A stretch of 32,968 bases of DNA, taken from the sequence record DRR723986_4063, one strand, 5' to 3'. Each line of letters begins with the position of its first letter. Positions within the stretch are counted from its first letter, which is position 1. The notes under the pieces are model-generated. The model searched no databases. It was not told the origin of the DNA and saw only the letters and a list, made by a program, of their open reading frames with translations. Below, piece by piece: positions 1-8,660 of this stretch. Made by a program: the position numbers and the translations under genes.

Positions 1-1
1 T

Positions 2-27
2 AGTAGCAGGCACACTCCGTGTGCCGT
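2..27 (+). repeat. GTAG-type REP-like palindromic repeat, copy 1 (agtagcaGGCACACtccGTGTGCCgt)
   Basis: 26/26 identical to 32943..32968. GTAG, then CA, then a perfect 7-bp stem (GGCACAC/GTGTGCC) with a 3-nt loop. Confidence 0.8.
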
Positions 28-70
28 CCGAAGCCCTTCCAATTGCCGTCCGCAGCGCTGCCAAGTGCCG
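22..70 (+). repeat. Degenerate 22-bp tandem repeat (~2.2 copies) starting in the right arm of the REP hairpin
   Basis: 22-43 tgccgtccgaagcccttccaat vs 44-65 tgccgtccgcagcgctgccaag (18/22 identical); a third tgccg starts at 66. Confidence 0.7.
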
Positions 71-239
71 CACCGAGAAGTGTCGTGTAGAAGAGTTTGG
101 GAATTCAGTCGTGGAGCAGTCTGGCCAGACTCAGGCCTTGATTCGTCGTGCTTTGGCGATGTGAAGGCTTTCCGCCGGCGTTCGATCCAGGTTATGATTG
201 ATGGTGGATTCTTGGTCGGACCAATAAGGAAACGGTAAT

Positions 240-662
240 ATGGCGGCTTCAAGCGGCGAAAGCCGAGATGCGATCAGAGAGGCGGGGTTGCGAGCGACGC
301 CCGCTCGCATCGCAACACTCGACATGCTGAGAAGCACGGCTTCACCGCTTGCGCACGCAGAGGTTGCCGAGCAGTTGGCGACGATCGGTGTCGACAAAGC
401 AACGGCTTTTCGAGCTCTCAACGATATGACCGACGCTGGGTTGCTGCGCCGGACAGAACTCGGCGATCGAGTGTGGCGCTTCGAGCTACTCGGAAATGAC
501 GGAGCGGAACATGCTGCTCACCCGCATTTCCTGTGCGTCGAATGTGGTGAAGTGTCCTGCCTTGGCGACGTCAAACTCACCAAGAAAAGTCTTGCTACTG
601 CCGAGAACGTCGGCAACGTCAAGGAAATTCTGCTCAAAGGCCAATGCACCAAATGCGTTTAG
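240..662 (+). CDS. Fur-family metal-responsive transcriptional regulator
   Basis: GLRATPAR start, HTH region VDKATAFRAL, HPHFLCVECG and C-terminal CTKC zinc motifs; 140 aa; AAGGA upstream. Confidence 0.9.
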   Translation: MAASSGESRDAIREAGLRATPARIATLDMLRSTASPLAHAEVAEQLATIGVDKATAFRALNDMTDAGLLRRTELGDRVWRFELLGNDGAEHAAHPHFLCVECGEVSCLGDVKLTKKSLATAENVGNVKEILLKGQCTKCV

Positions 663-940
663 CTTTTGTTGCTATCAGCGGAGTGGATGACCACTGCGTC
701 GTTTAGCGACAGTAATCGCCTTACGACGAAGCCCAGAAGAGCATCCGTTTCGCGAGAGTCGCCATGCTGGGTAAGGTACACGTTTCCATCACCGATCTCC
801 ACTGAAACACCGTTTGACGCTCTGTCGTGCGAAAGGTGCAAGTTTCCGTGCTTGTCGCGTTCTCGGAACTCGGGCAAATGCTCCAATTCGGCCACTAGGT
901 CCACGCGATCCAAATCATACGTTTCTAGTTTGAATCGCAA
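659..940 (-). CDS. Hypothetical protein, 93 aa
   Basis: TTG start preceded by AAGGAG; globular-looking composition; stop overlaps the fur-family stop convergently. No family recognised. Confidence 0.55.
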   Translation of the reverse strand: MRFKLETYDLDRVDLVAELEHLPEFRERDKHGNLHLSHDRASNGVSVEIGDGNVYLTQHGDSRETDALLGFVVRRLLSLNDAVVIHSADSNKS

Positions 941-1372
941 TCTATTGCTTCTCCTTCTTCCGCTCGTGCTTCTTGCCGCGCAATTCTAACTGGCTTCAGC
1001 GAATCTGTCGCATTCTCAGGCTGTTCGACGCGATGCGCTTTCCCGATTGGGAGCCTTCGTCCCCACAACGTTTGCTCGTTCTCCAGGAAAGTGCCAACCC
1101 CTAGAAACGTGCATCCCAGCAGAGGGGTGTACGGAGGTTCTGATTGCACTACTCTCTTTAGGTGGTGCGGTGTGCCTGAAAGGCTGGGTTTGAGGGCGGC
1201 AACAAAACGTTCCGGAAACCTCAGCGTAGGGGGGCATCGCGTCGTGGGCGGCAGGTTCATGCCTCCAGGCGTTGAGCATTTCTTTTCTCACCTGCATTCG
1301 CTTGAGTGTCCGCCGCATGCAGATGCATGGATTAGTTGTCACTTAGTTTTGGATTCTTATCAAGGTTTGGAA

Positions 1373-2704
1373 ATGGCGCTTCGTCAGTTGTTTAGCATCG
1401 CGATAATCGTACTTTCTTCTGACGCATGCTTTGGCAAGGATCCGTTGCCGAGCTGGAACGACGGTGGTGCTAAGCAGAGCATTATGGATTTCGTTTCCAA
1501 AGTAACCACAGAGGGAACGGATGGGTTTGTACCAACTGCCGAGAGGATTGCCGTCTTCGACAATGATGGCACGCTATGGACGGAGTATCCGGTACCGAAC
1601 CAGGTTGCGTTTGCGTTCGACGAGGTCAAACGCATGCTTCCAGAGCACCCTGAGTGGAAAGATGATGCCAGCGTACAAGCCGTAGTTGACGGCGACATCG
1701 CCACTCTACTAGCGGACAATCACAAGGGTTTGCTTCACGTGTTGGCGTTGACGCACTCCGGTATGACGGACGTCGAATTCTCTCAGCGTACTGCAAACTG
1801 GTTGGCTTCGACGACTCACCCTCGTTTTGGAGTTGCCTACGATCAAACTATCTACGCGCCGATGTTGGAAGTGCTGGAATACCTTCGCGAAAACGACTTC
1901 CAAACTTGGATCGTTTCAGGCGGCGGGCAGGATTTCATGCGAGTTTTCGCTGAGAAGACTTACGGCATTCCGCCGCAACAAGTGGTCGGTTCACATGCCC
2001 GCATGGCATACGAGCTGGTTGATGGGAAACCACGCCTAACGAAAACTCTGGAACAACTGTTTGTTGATGACAAAGAAGGTAAGCCGGTTGCGATTGCTCA
2101 GTTTATTGGCCGCCGCCCGATTGCTTGCTTTGGCAACAGCAATGGCGACCAGGCCATGATGGAATACACGACGATCGCCAACGATCGACCGAGTCTGGGC
2201 GTGATCGTGCATCACACGGACGCCGACAGGGAGTATGCGTACGATGCCAACCCAAGCGGCAGTGGTAAACTAACCACTGCACTTGAGGTAGCTGACGAGC
2301 GAGGGTGGATGGTCGTTGATATGAAGAAAGATTGGAAGACGGTCTGGGGTTCTGACGAATCCGTTTCGCTGTTCGACACGAAGTGGATTGTTCAGCAGAT
2401 TGGTAGTACTGACGTTACGCTCGAGGTGAAGCCCGACATGACATTCACCAAGGACGGTAAAGTATCGGGTAGCACCGGAGTCAATCGCATGATGGGCTCT
2501 GCGAAAATCGATGCCAAGAAGATCAGCTTCAGCCCACTGGCAACCACTCGTCGTGCCGGTCCGCCGGAATCTATGAAGGTCGAATCCCAGCTGCTGAAAG
2601 CGCTCGGACGGGCAACAGGCATGGAGCTAGCCTCGGGCAAGTTGCTGCTCAAGGCATCGGACGGTTCCGTCTTAGTCGTTCTTTCTGCTACGCCAGGAAG
2701 CTGA
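1373..2704 (+). CDS. Secreted HAD-superfamily hydrolase (nonspecific acid phosphatase-like) with C-terminal META/HslJ domain
   Basis: ATG 1373 gives a signal-like MALRQLFSIAIIVLSSDACFG followed by DPLPSWND. HAD motifs FDNDGTLW, VSGG, GKP, FGNSNGD. The last ~110 aa (TKWIV...GSTGVNRMMG...ATTRRAG...E..LLKAL) match the META pattern. Confidence 0.85.
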   Translation: MALRQLFSIAIIVLSSDACFGKDPLPSWNDGGAKQSIMDFVSKVTTEGTDGFVPTAERIAVFDNDGTLWTEYPVPNQVAFAFDEVKRMLPEHPEWKDDASVQAVVDGDIATLLADNHKGLLHVLALTHSGMTDVEFSQRTANWLASTTHPRFGVAYDQTIYAPMLEVLEYLRENDFQTWIVSGGGQDFMRVFAEKTYGIPPQQVVGSHARMAYELVDGKPRLTKTLEQLFVDDKEGKPVAIAQFIGRRPIACFGNSNGDQAMMEYTTIANDRPSLGVIVHHTDADREYAYDANPSGSGKLTTALEVADERGWMVVDMKKDWKTVWGSDESVSLFDTKWIVQQIGSTDVTLEVKPDMTFTKDGKVSGSTGVNRMMGSAKIDAKKISFSPLATTRRAGPPESMKVESQLLKALGRATGMELASGKLLLKASDGSVLVVLSATPGS

Positions 2705-2774
2705 GCCGGCTGTTTGACGCCTGGCGACGAAACTTCCCCGCTTCACTGCTTCATCATCTACAACAGGAATTGCC

Positions 2775-5126
2775 ATGGTTCAGCCACTTCGCGCTGCGTT
2801 GCTTCTGCTTGCGATTTTGCCGGCTCGGAGCAGCCAGTCACAAGATGTCCTACCCTTTCCGCCGACTCCGATAACAGAAAGTGTTGTAAATCCTCGGATT
2901 CAAGATTCTGTTATGAAGTGGCCGGAGGAGACGAAGCGGCTTCCCGATGACGCGCCGAATATACTCGTCGTCTTGATTGATGATGTTGGGTTCGGTATTT
3001 CCCGGACGTTTGGCGGCGAGGTCAACACACCAACCATGGACAGGTTGGCAGCCGAGGGTATAAAGTTCAACGCGTTTCACACAACATCGATATGCTCGCC
3101 AACGAGAGCAGCGCTTCTGACCGGGCGCAACCATACCAGAGTTGGATCAGGAACAATTGCTGAACGTGCTGTAGCATTCGATGGCTACACGGGTGTTATA
3201 CCAAAGGAGGCGGCGACGTTCGCAGAGGTCCTGAAGAACTATGGCTACCTTACATCCGCGTTCGGGAAATGGCACAACACTCCAGCAACCGAAACCACGG
3301 CCATAGGCCCAAAAGATCGTTGGCCATGCGGTTACGGCTTCGAGCACTTTTATGGCTTTCTGGCTGGTGAAACGTCGCAGTATGAACCGCGATTGATTCG
3401 CAATTACGACGCCATCGAGCCGCCTGAGTCCGAGGAATACCACCTCACGGAGGACTTGGTTGAGCAAGCTTTGGGCTGGTTAGACAATCGGCGGTCTTTC
3501 GCGCCCGACAAGCCATTCTTGATGTATTGGGCTCCCGGTGCAGTGCATGGTCCACACCAGATCTTCCCTGAGTGGGCGGACAAATATAAGGGTAAGTTCG
3601 ACGACGGCTGGGATGCCTATCGGGAGCGTGTCTACCGGCAACAATTGGCGATGGGGATTATCCCGGAGGGCACAAAGTTGACACCTCGTGATCCGACCAT
3701 GCAGGCGTGGGATGAGATCCCCGAAAGCCAGCGCCCTTTTCAGCGGCGAGGCATGGAATTGTTCGCGGGGTTCGTAGAGCATACGGACCACCAGGTTGGC
3801 CGACTAGTAGAAGGGCTTGAAGACAGGGGCCTCCGTGAAAATACAATCATCTTCTACATCTGGGGCGATAATGGCTCCAGCGGTGAAGGGCAACTTGGAA
3901 CGATCAGTGAACTGCTAGCACAAAACAATATTCCAAACACAATCGAACAGCAACTTGCTGCGCTCGACGGCCTGGGCGGACTAGAGGCACTAGGAACGGC
4001 GAAGACCGATAACATGTACCATGCAGGTTGGGCGTGGGCTGGTAGCACGCCATTTCGAAGCACAAAGTTAGTGGCTGCCCATTTGGGTGGGACTAGGAAT
4101 CCGATGGTGATTTCCTGGCCCAAAGGCATCAAACCCGACAGTACGATGCGGTCTCAGTTCACGCATGTTGTTGACGTCGCGCCGACAATCTACGATCTGC
4201 TCGACATCAAGCCGCCGGCAGTCGTCAATGGACACAAGCAGATTCCCATTGACGGACACAGCTTTGCAAGTGCGTTAGACAACGCCACCGCACCGCCGAC
4301 GAACACTGAGCAATTCTTCGACAACAACGGCAGTCGTGCGCTCTACAAGGATGGTTGGATGGCGTGCGCGTTTGGCTCTTTCTATCCGTGGAATCAAGAG
4401 GCGTCCAAGGAACTGATGCAGAATTGGGATTCATCGACTGAATCCTGGCAGTTGTACAACCTGAGCGAGGATTTCTCGCAGGCAACCGACCTGTCAAAAG
4501 TGCATCCCAAAAGATTAGAGGACATGAAGTCGCGTTATCTAGAAGTGGCACGCGACAATAAATCGCTCCCGATTGGTGCTGGAGCGTGGCTTCGATTTCA
4601 TCCCGAGGATCGGATTTCGACGCCGTATACGGACTGGAATTTCACGCAGTCGACACGGCGGATGCCAGAATTTGCAGCACCTGGGATTGGCCGGCAAAGC
4701 AACACGATCGAAATCGATTTGGAGTGCGAAGAGACGGCTAGTGGCGTCCTGTACGCACTCGGTGGATCCGGCGGCGGCGTGACTCTTTACATGGACGAAG
4801 GGCATCTCGTCTATCTTTACAACATGATGATCATCGAACAGTACGAAGGACGGGCTAAGAATCCGCTCGCCTCTGGTCGGCATCGTATCAAGGTGGAAAC
4901 TAAGATCGACAAACCTGCCGCCCCAGCGCTGGTTGTTATTTCGGTTGACGGAGAAATAGAGATGCAGGTTCATGTCGATCGGACTGTGCCTGCTGCGTTC
5001 AGCGCCAGTGAAACGTTTGATGTGGGGTTGGATCTTGGTTCGACAGTCAGCAACGAGTATTACGAGCAGCGACCATTCGAGTTTTCGGGGGAGATTTATT
5101 CACTGGATGTGTCTTTGCAACAGTAA
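2775..5126 (+). CDS. Arylsulfatase (Cys-type S1 sulfatase), 783 aa, secreted, with C-terminal beta-sandwich (LamG-like) extension
   Basis: Signal peptide; PNILVVLIDDVG; CSPTRAALLTGR signature; FGKWH; GDNG; WQLYNL.EDFSQ. Confidence 0.93.
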   Translation: MVQPLRAALLLLAILPARSSQSQDVLPFPPTPITESVVNPRIQDSVMKWPEETKRLPDDAPNILVVLIDDVGFGISRTFGGEVNTPTMDRLAAEGIKFNAFHTTSICSPTRAALLTGRNHTRVGSGTIAERAVAFDGYTGVIPKEAATFAEVLKNYGYLTSAFGKWHNTPATETTAIGPKDRWPCGYGFEHFYGFLAGETSQYEPRLIRNYDAIEPPESEEYHLTEDLVEQALGWLDNRRSFAPDKPFLMYWAPGAVHGPHQIFPEWADKYKGKFDDGWDAYRERVYRQQLAMGIIPEGTKLTPRDPTMQAWDEIPESQRPFQRRGMELFAGFVEHTDHQVGRLVEGLEDRGLRENTIIFYIWGDNGSSGEGQLGTISELLAQNNIPNTIEQQLAALDGLGGLEALGTAKTDNMYHAGWAWAGSTPFRSTKLVAAHLGGTRNPMVISWPKGIKPDSTMRSQFTHVVDVAPTIYDLLDIKPPAVVNGHKQIPIDGHSFASALDNATAPPTNTEQFFDNNGSRALYKDGWMACAFGSFYPWNQEASKELMQNWDSSTESWQLYNLSEDFSQATDLSKVHPKRLEDMKSRYLEVARDNKSLPIGAGAWLRFHPEDRISTPYTDWNFTQSTRRMPEFAAPGIGRQSNTIEIDLECEETASGVLYALGGSGGGVTLYMDEGHLVYLYNMMIIEQYEGRAKNPLASGRHRIKVETKIDKPAAPALVVISVDGEIEMQVHVDRTVPAAFSASETFDVGLDLGSTVSNEYYEQRPFEFSGEIYSLDVSLQQ

Positions 5127-5271
5127 AGCCCAATTGCAAGTGGTTCGGTAGATGCTCTTTGGCAGTCGGGGTCGATAGGATAGCGCGACTGCGAGCTCAG
5201 GTTGTTGGTTCATGTGGGTGTTCTTCCCAGGCGTCACCGCGTTCGCCACAATAATCAATTGAAAGTTAGCG

Positions 5272-7632
5272 ATGATGCATAGACTCCTGATCGGATTGGT
5301 TTTGGTGTTGTACCCATTGCTGGGTGTTAGTTTGGCTCAAGAGATCTTGCCGTTTCCACCAACTCCATCTGCGTCGGTTCCTGGGCTGAGTATTCAGGAC
5401 TCGACATATAAGAAGCGAGTTGTACCGAAGCGGTTGGCTGGCGACGCCCCGAACATCCTGATCATCTTGATTGACGACGTTGGTCCAGGGACCGCGAGCA
5501 CCTACGGTGGTGAGATTCAAACACCAACTCTCAGCCGAGTGGCGAAGATGGGGGTCTCGTACAATCGGTTTCACTCAACAGCCATGTGTTCGCCAACTAG
5601 AGCTGCACTGTTGACTGGGCGGAATCACACACGTGTCGGTAACGGTCAGATCGCGGCCATTGCAAACGACTTTGATGGGTTCAGCGGCGTCATACCGAAG
5701 AGCTCGGCGACCGTTGCAGAAGTCTTGAAAGCATACGGTTACAATACCTCTGCGTTTGGTAAGTGGCACAACACTCCTGAAGAACAGATCACCAACAAGG
5801 GGCCTTTTGACTATTGGCCAATCGGCTACGGATTTGAGTACTTCTACGGATTCTTGGCCGGAGAGGCCTCTCAGTATGAACCCACGCTCGTCCGTAACAC
5901 CAACTATGTTCGGCGTCCCGAGAAGGAGGAGTATCACTTAACAGAAGACATCGCGGAGGACGCGATTCGCTGGCTGCGAGATCAGAAGTCTTACGCGCCG
6001 GAAAAGCCTTTCTTCATGTACTGGGCCCCAGGTGCATCGCATGGACCACACCAAGTGAACACGAAATGGGCGGATCGCTACAAAGGCAAGTTTGATGACG
6101 GCTGGGATGCATACCGAGTTCGTTGCTTTGAACGTCAGAAGCGACTTGGCTGGATTCCGGAGTCTGCAGAGTTGACGCCGCGTCCGGAAGGTTTGGCAGC
6201 GTGGGAATCGATCCCTGAGGATGAAAGACCTTTTCAGCGTCGATTAATGGAAGTCTTCGCCGGGTTCACTGAGCACGCAGACTACAACGCAGGACGTGTG
6301 ATTGACGAGATCGAACGACTTGGAGAACTCGACAATACGCTTGTCTTCTATATCTGGGGAGACAACGGTTCGTCCGCTGAAGGGCTCTACGGAACGATCA
6401 GCGAACAATTAGCGCAGAATGGGATTTCGACTGAAATCTCACAGCACCTCGATGCACTCGAAGAGCTTGGCGGACTTGACGCATTGGGTGGTGACAAGAC
6501 CGACAACATGTACCACGCAGGATGGGCCTGGGCTGGAAGCACGCCTTACCGCAGTACGAAGCTTGTTGGTGCCCACTTCGGAGGAACTCGACAACCGATG
6601 GCGGTTTCGTGGCCAAGACGCATTCAGCCTGACTCGGTACCAAGGTCGCAATTCCATCATGTAGTTGATGTGGTTCCAACAATCTACTCTGCGGCCAAGA
6701 TTGCTGCTCCGCAAATCGTCAACGGATGGCAGCAGGACAGCTTTGATGGAATCGACATGACTTACACGTTTGATTCCAGTTCGGCCGAGGGCCACAGGAT
6801 GACGCAGTTTTTTGACATCATGGCGAGTCGCGGAATCTATCACGACGGTTGGTTTGCCTGCGCGTTCGGACCAAGGAAACCATGGGTTGGTGGTATCCCA
6901 AAAGGTGCTCAGCGATGGCGCCCGGAGAACGACAAGTGGGAACTGTACAACTTGGATGAAGACTGGAGTCAAGCGCATGACTTGGCTGACCAAATGCCGG
7001 AGAAAGTCGCTCAGATGCAGAGGCTCTTCCTTGTCGAATCGACGAAGAACAAGAACTTGCCAATTGGTGGCGGGCTATGGTCCACGGCGCTGTTCCATCC
7101 CGAAGATGCGCCGGCCCCACCTTACACGAGTTGGAGCTTCTTCGGGCCAGTGAACGGAACGCCCGAGTCAGCGGCACCCAAGCTGGGGAAAGTTAGTAGT
7201 CGAGTTTCCATGGAAGTTGAAACTCCAGAGCGAGCAAGCGGAGTGTTGTACGCTCTGGCGGGTTTCAGCGGAGGAATCACCTGTTACATGGATGACGGAA
7301 GGCTTTGTTATGAATTCAATCTGTTCGAAATTGAACGCACAAAGCTCAAGTCTTCGGATCTCTTAACACCAGGTAAACACACCGTCGAAGTTGTTTCCAA
7401 CTTGGTTGACAAAATCGGCGGTCCGATTGACGTGACACTCTTAGTTGATGACGCTCAAGTTGCTACTGGCCGCGTGCCACGAGGGATGTCATTACATTTT
7501 ACCAGTAACGCTACTTTCGATATTGGTAGCGATCAAGATTCACCGGTTTCGCTGGATTACTTCGATAGAGCTCCATTCGCATTCGAAGGCTCGATAGGGC
7601 AGACGCAGATAGAATACACTGCCAATCAATAG
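5272..7632 (+). CDS. Arylsulfatase (Cys-type S1 sulfatase), 786 aa, paralogue of the upstream gene
   Basis: Signal peptide; PNILIILIDDVG; CSPTRAALLTGRNHTRVG; FGKWH; KTDNMYHAGWAWAGSTP shared with 2775..5126. Confidence 0.93.
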   Translation: MMHRLLIGLVLVLYPLLGVSLAQEILPFPPTPSASVPGLSIQDSTYKKRVVPKRLAGDAPNILIILIDDVGPGTASTYGGEIQTPTLSRVAKMGVSYNRFHSTAMCSPTRAALLTGRNHTRVGNGQIAAIANDFDGFSGVIPKSSATVAEVLKAYGYNTSAFGKWHNTPEEQITNKGPFDYWPIGYGFEYFYGFLAGEASQYEPTLVRNTNYVRRPEKEEYHLTEDIAEDAIRWLRDQKSYAPEKPFFMYWAPGASHGPHQVNTKWADRYKGKFDDGWDAYRVRCFERQKRLGWIPESAELTPRPEGLAAWESIPEDERPFQRRLMEVFAGFTEHADYNAGRVIDEIERLGELDNTLVFYIWGDNGSSAEGLYGTISEQLAQNGISTEISQHLDALEELGGLDALGGDKTDNMYHAGWAWAGSTPYRSTKLVGAHFGGTRQPMAVSWPRRIQPDSVPRSQFHHVVDVVPTIYSAAKIAAPQIVNGWQQDSFDGIDMTYTFDSSSAEGHRMTQFFDIMASRGIYHDGWFACAFGPRKPWVGGIPKGAQRWRPENDKWELYNLDEDWSQAHDLADQMPEKVAQMQRLFLVESTKNKNLPIGGGLWSTALFHPEDAPAPPYTSWSFFGPVNGTPESAAPKLGKVSSRVSMEVETPERASGVLYALAGFSGGITCYMDDGRLCYEFNLFEIERTKLKSSDLLTPGKHTVEVVSNLVDKIGGPIDVTLLVDDAQVATGRVPRGMSLHFTSNATFDIGSDQDSPVSLDYFDRAPFAFEGSIGQTQIEYTANQ

Positions 7633-7675
7633 TTCGGCGCAACAAATAGTTCTAGATCAACGATAAGGGATAATA

Positions 7676-8572
7676 ATGATACGCACCATTTTGATCAGCA
7701 CGACAATGATTCCTCTCGCTTTTGCCGGAGCTGAGTGTTTCGGTCAGGGCAATGGGGCTGTTGCAGATTCTGATCAACAAGTCATCGTTGAAGCGGCGCA
7801 GTCCTATCAAGAGGCATTCAATGCTAGAGATGCGGCGGCCGTTGCAAAGCACTTCAGTGAATCGGCAGAACTGACGACAGCAGCCGGGACTATCCAGGGA
7901 CGGGTGGCGATTGAAGCTGATTATGTTGAGCTGTTCAAAGGCGAACAAGTGCCCAAGTTGCAGCTTGCAAGCGTTGCGGTAGATGTCATCTCCCCAAGCG
8001 TGGCGATAGAAACCGGCGTGGCTGTGCTCACGCAGGCAGGTGAAGCGCAGGAAGTCCCGTATCGGGCTGTTCATGTGAAGACTTCGCAGGGGTGGTTGCT
8101 GGACCGTGTTCAAGATGAAGTCGCCGCACCATCACCGCCGTCGCACTACGAACAACTCAAGGAGCTTGAGTGGCTCGTCGGAAGCTGGACGCTGGCCTCG
8201 GGCAATTCGACAACATCGATTAAGTGCCGTTGGACAACGAACAAAAATTTCTTGATGCAGACGTACTCGGTCGCGAGTCAGGATGGCGTAGAACTAGAAG
8301 GGACGCAAATTATTGGATGGGATCCTAGTCGAAATCGTATTCGATGTTGGCTCTTCGACTCTGACGGTGGGTTCGGCAGCGGGGCTTGGACGAAAGATGG
8401 TGCGACTTGGAGCGTTCAGACGCTGCAGGTTGTTCCAGGCGGCGGGCAGGCAACCAGCACGAATCTCTACAAACAGATAGATGACAACACGTTTACGTTC
8501 AGCTCCATAGGTCGGCAAGTTGACGGAAAGCTAATGAAGAATATCGAGGCCGCTGAATTCGTTCGGCGGTAG
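7676..8572 (+). CDS. Secreted NTF2/SnoaL-like (SgcJ/EcaC, DUF4440-like) two-domain protein
   Basis: Signal peptide; YQEAFNARDAAAVAKHF...IQGRVAIEADY first domain; L.ELEWLVGSW...IGWDP...WLFDSDGGFG second domain, a pattern typical of planctomycete members. Confidence 0.8.
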   Translation: MIRTILISTTMIPLAFAGAECFGQGNGAVADSDQQVIVEAAQSYQEAFNARDAAAVAKHFSESAELTTAAGTIQGRVAIEADYVELFKGEQVPKLQLASVAVDVISPSVAIETGVAVLTQAGEAQEVPYRAVHVKTSQGWLLDRVQDEVAAPSPPSHYEQLKELEWLVGSWTLASGNSTTSIKCRWTTNKNFLMQTYSVASQDGVELEGTQIIGWDPSRNRIRCWLFDSDGGFGSGAWTKDGATWSVQTLQVVPGGGQATSTNLYKQIDDNTFTFSSIGRQVDGKLMKNIEAAEFVRR

Positions 8573-8660
8573 CCTGTGGCGAGAGCCGTTCATTGCCCCG
8601 ACTCAAGATACACCTGCGTGGACTTCTGCCACGCTAAAGCACGAATAAACGGACATAGTT

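Noticed and set aside
2-70. CRISPR array or att-site interpretation of the terminal repeat
   Set aside because: No repeat-spacer series, no cas gene, and no integrase or tRNA nearby.
1091-1372. 94-codon N-terminal extension of the HAD ORF in the ORF track
   Set aside because: The signal-like sequence and family N-terminus begin at ATG 1373; the upstream part looks like intergenic/promoter DNA.
941-1372. Possible riboswitch or ncRNA in the long intergenic regions (also 11894..12343)
   Set aside because: No Rfam-like consensus or convincing long stems recognised by eye; an Infernal/Rfam scan would be needed.
6439-6993. Longer antisense or alternate-frame ORFs (also 9324..9902, 23603..24100, 24137..24694, 27251..27799)
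   Set aside because: They lie fully inside well-supported genes and have no recognisable motifs.
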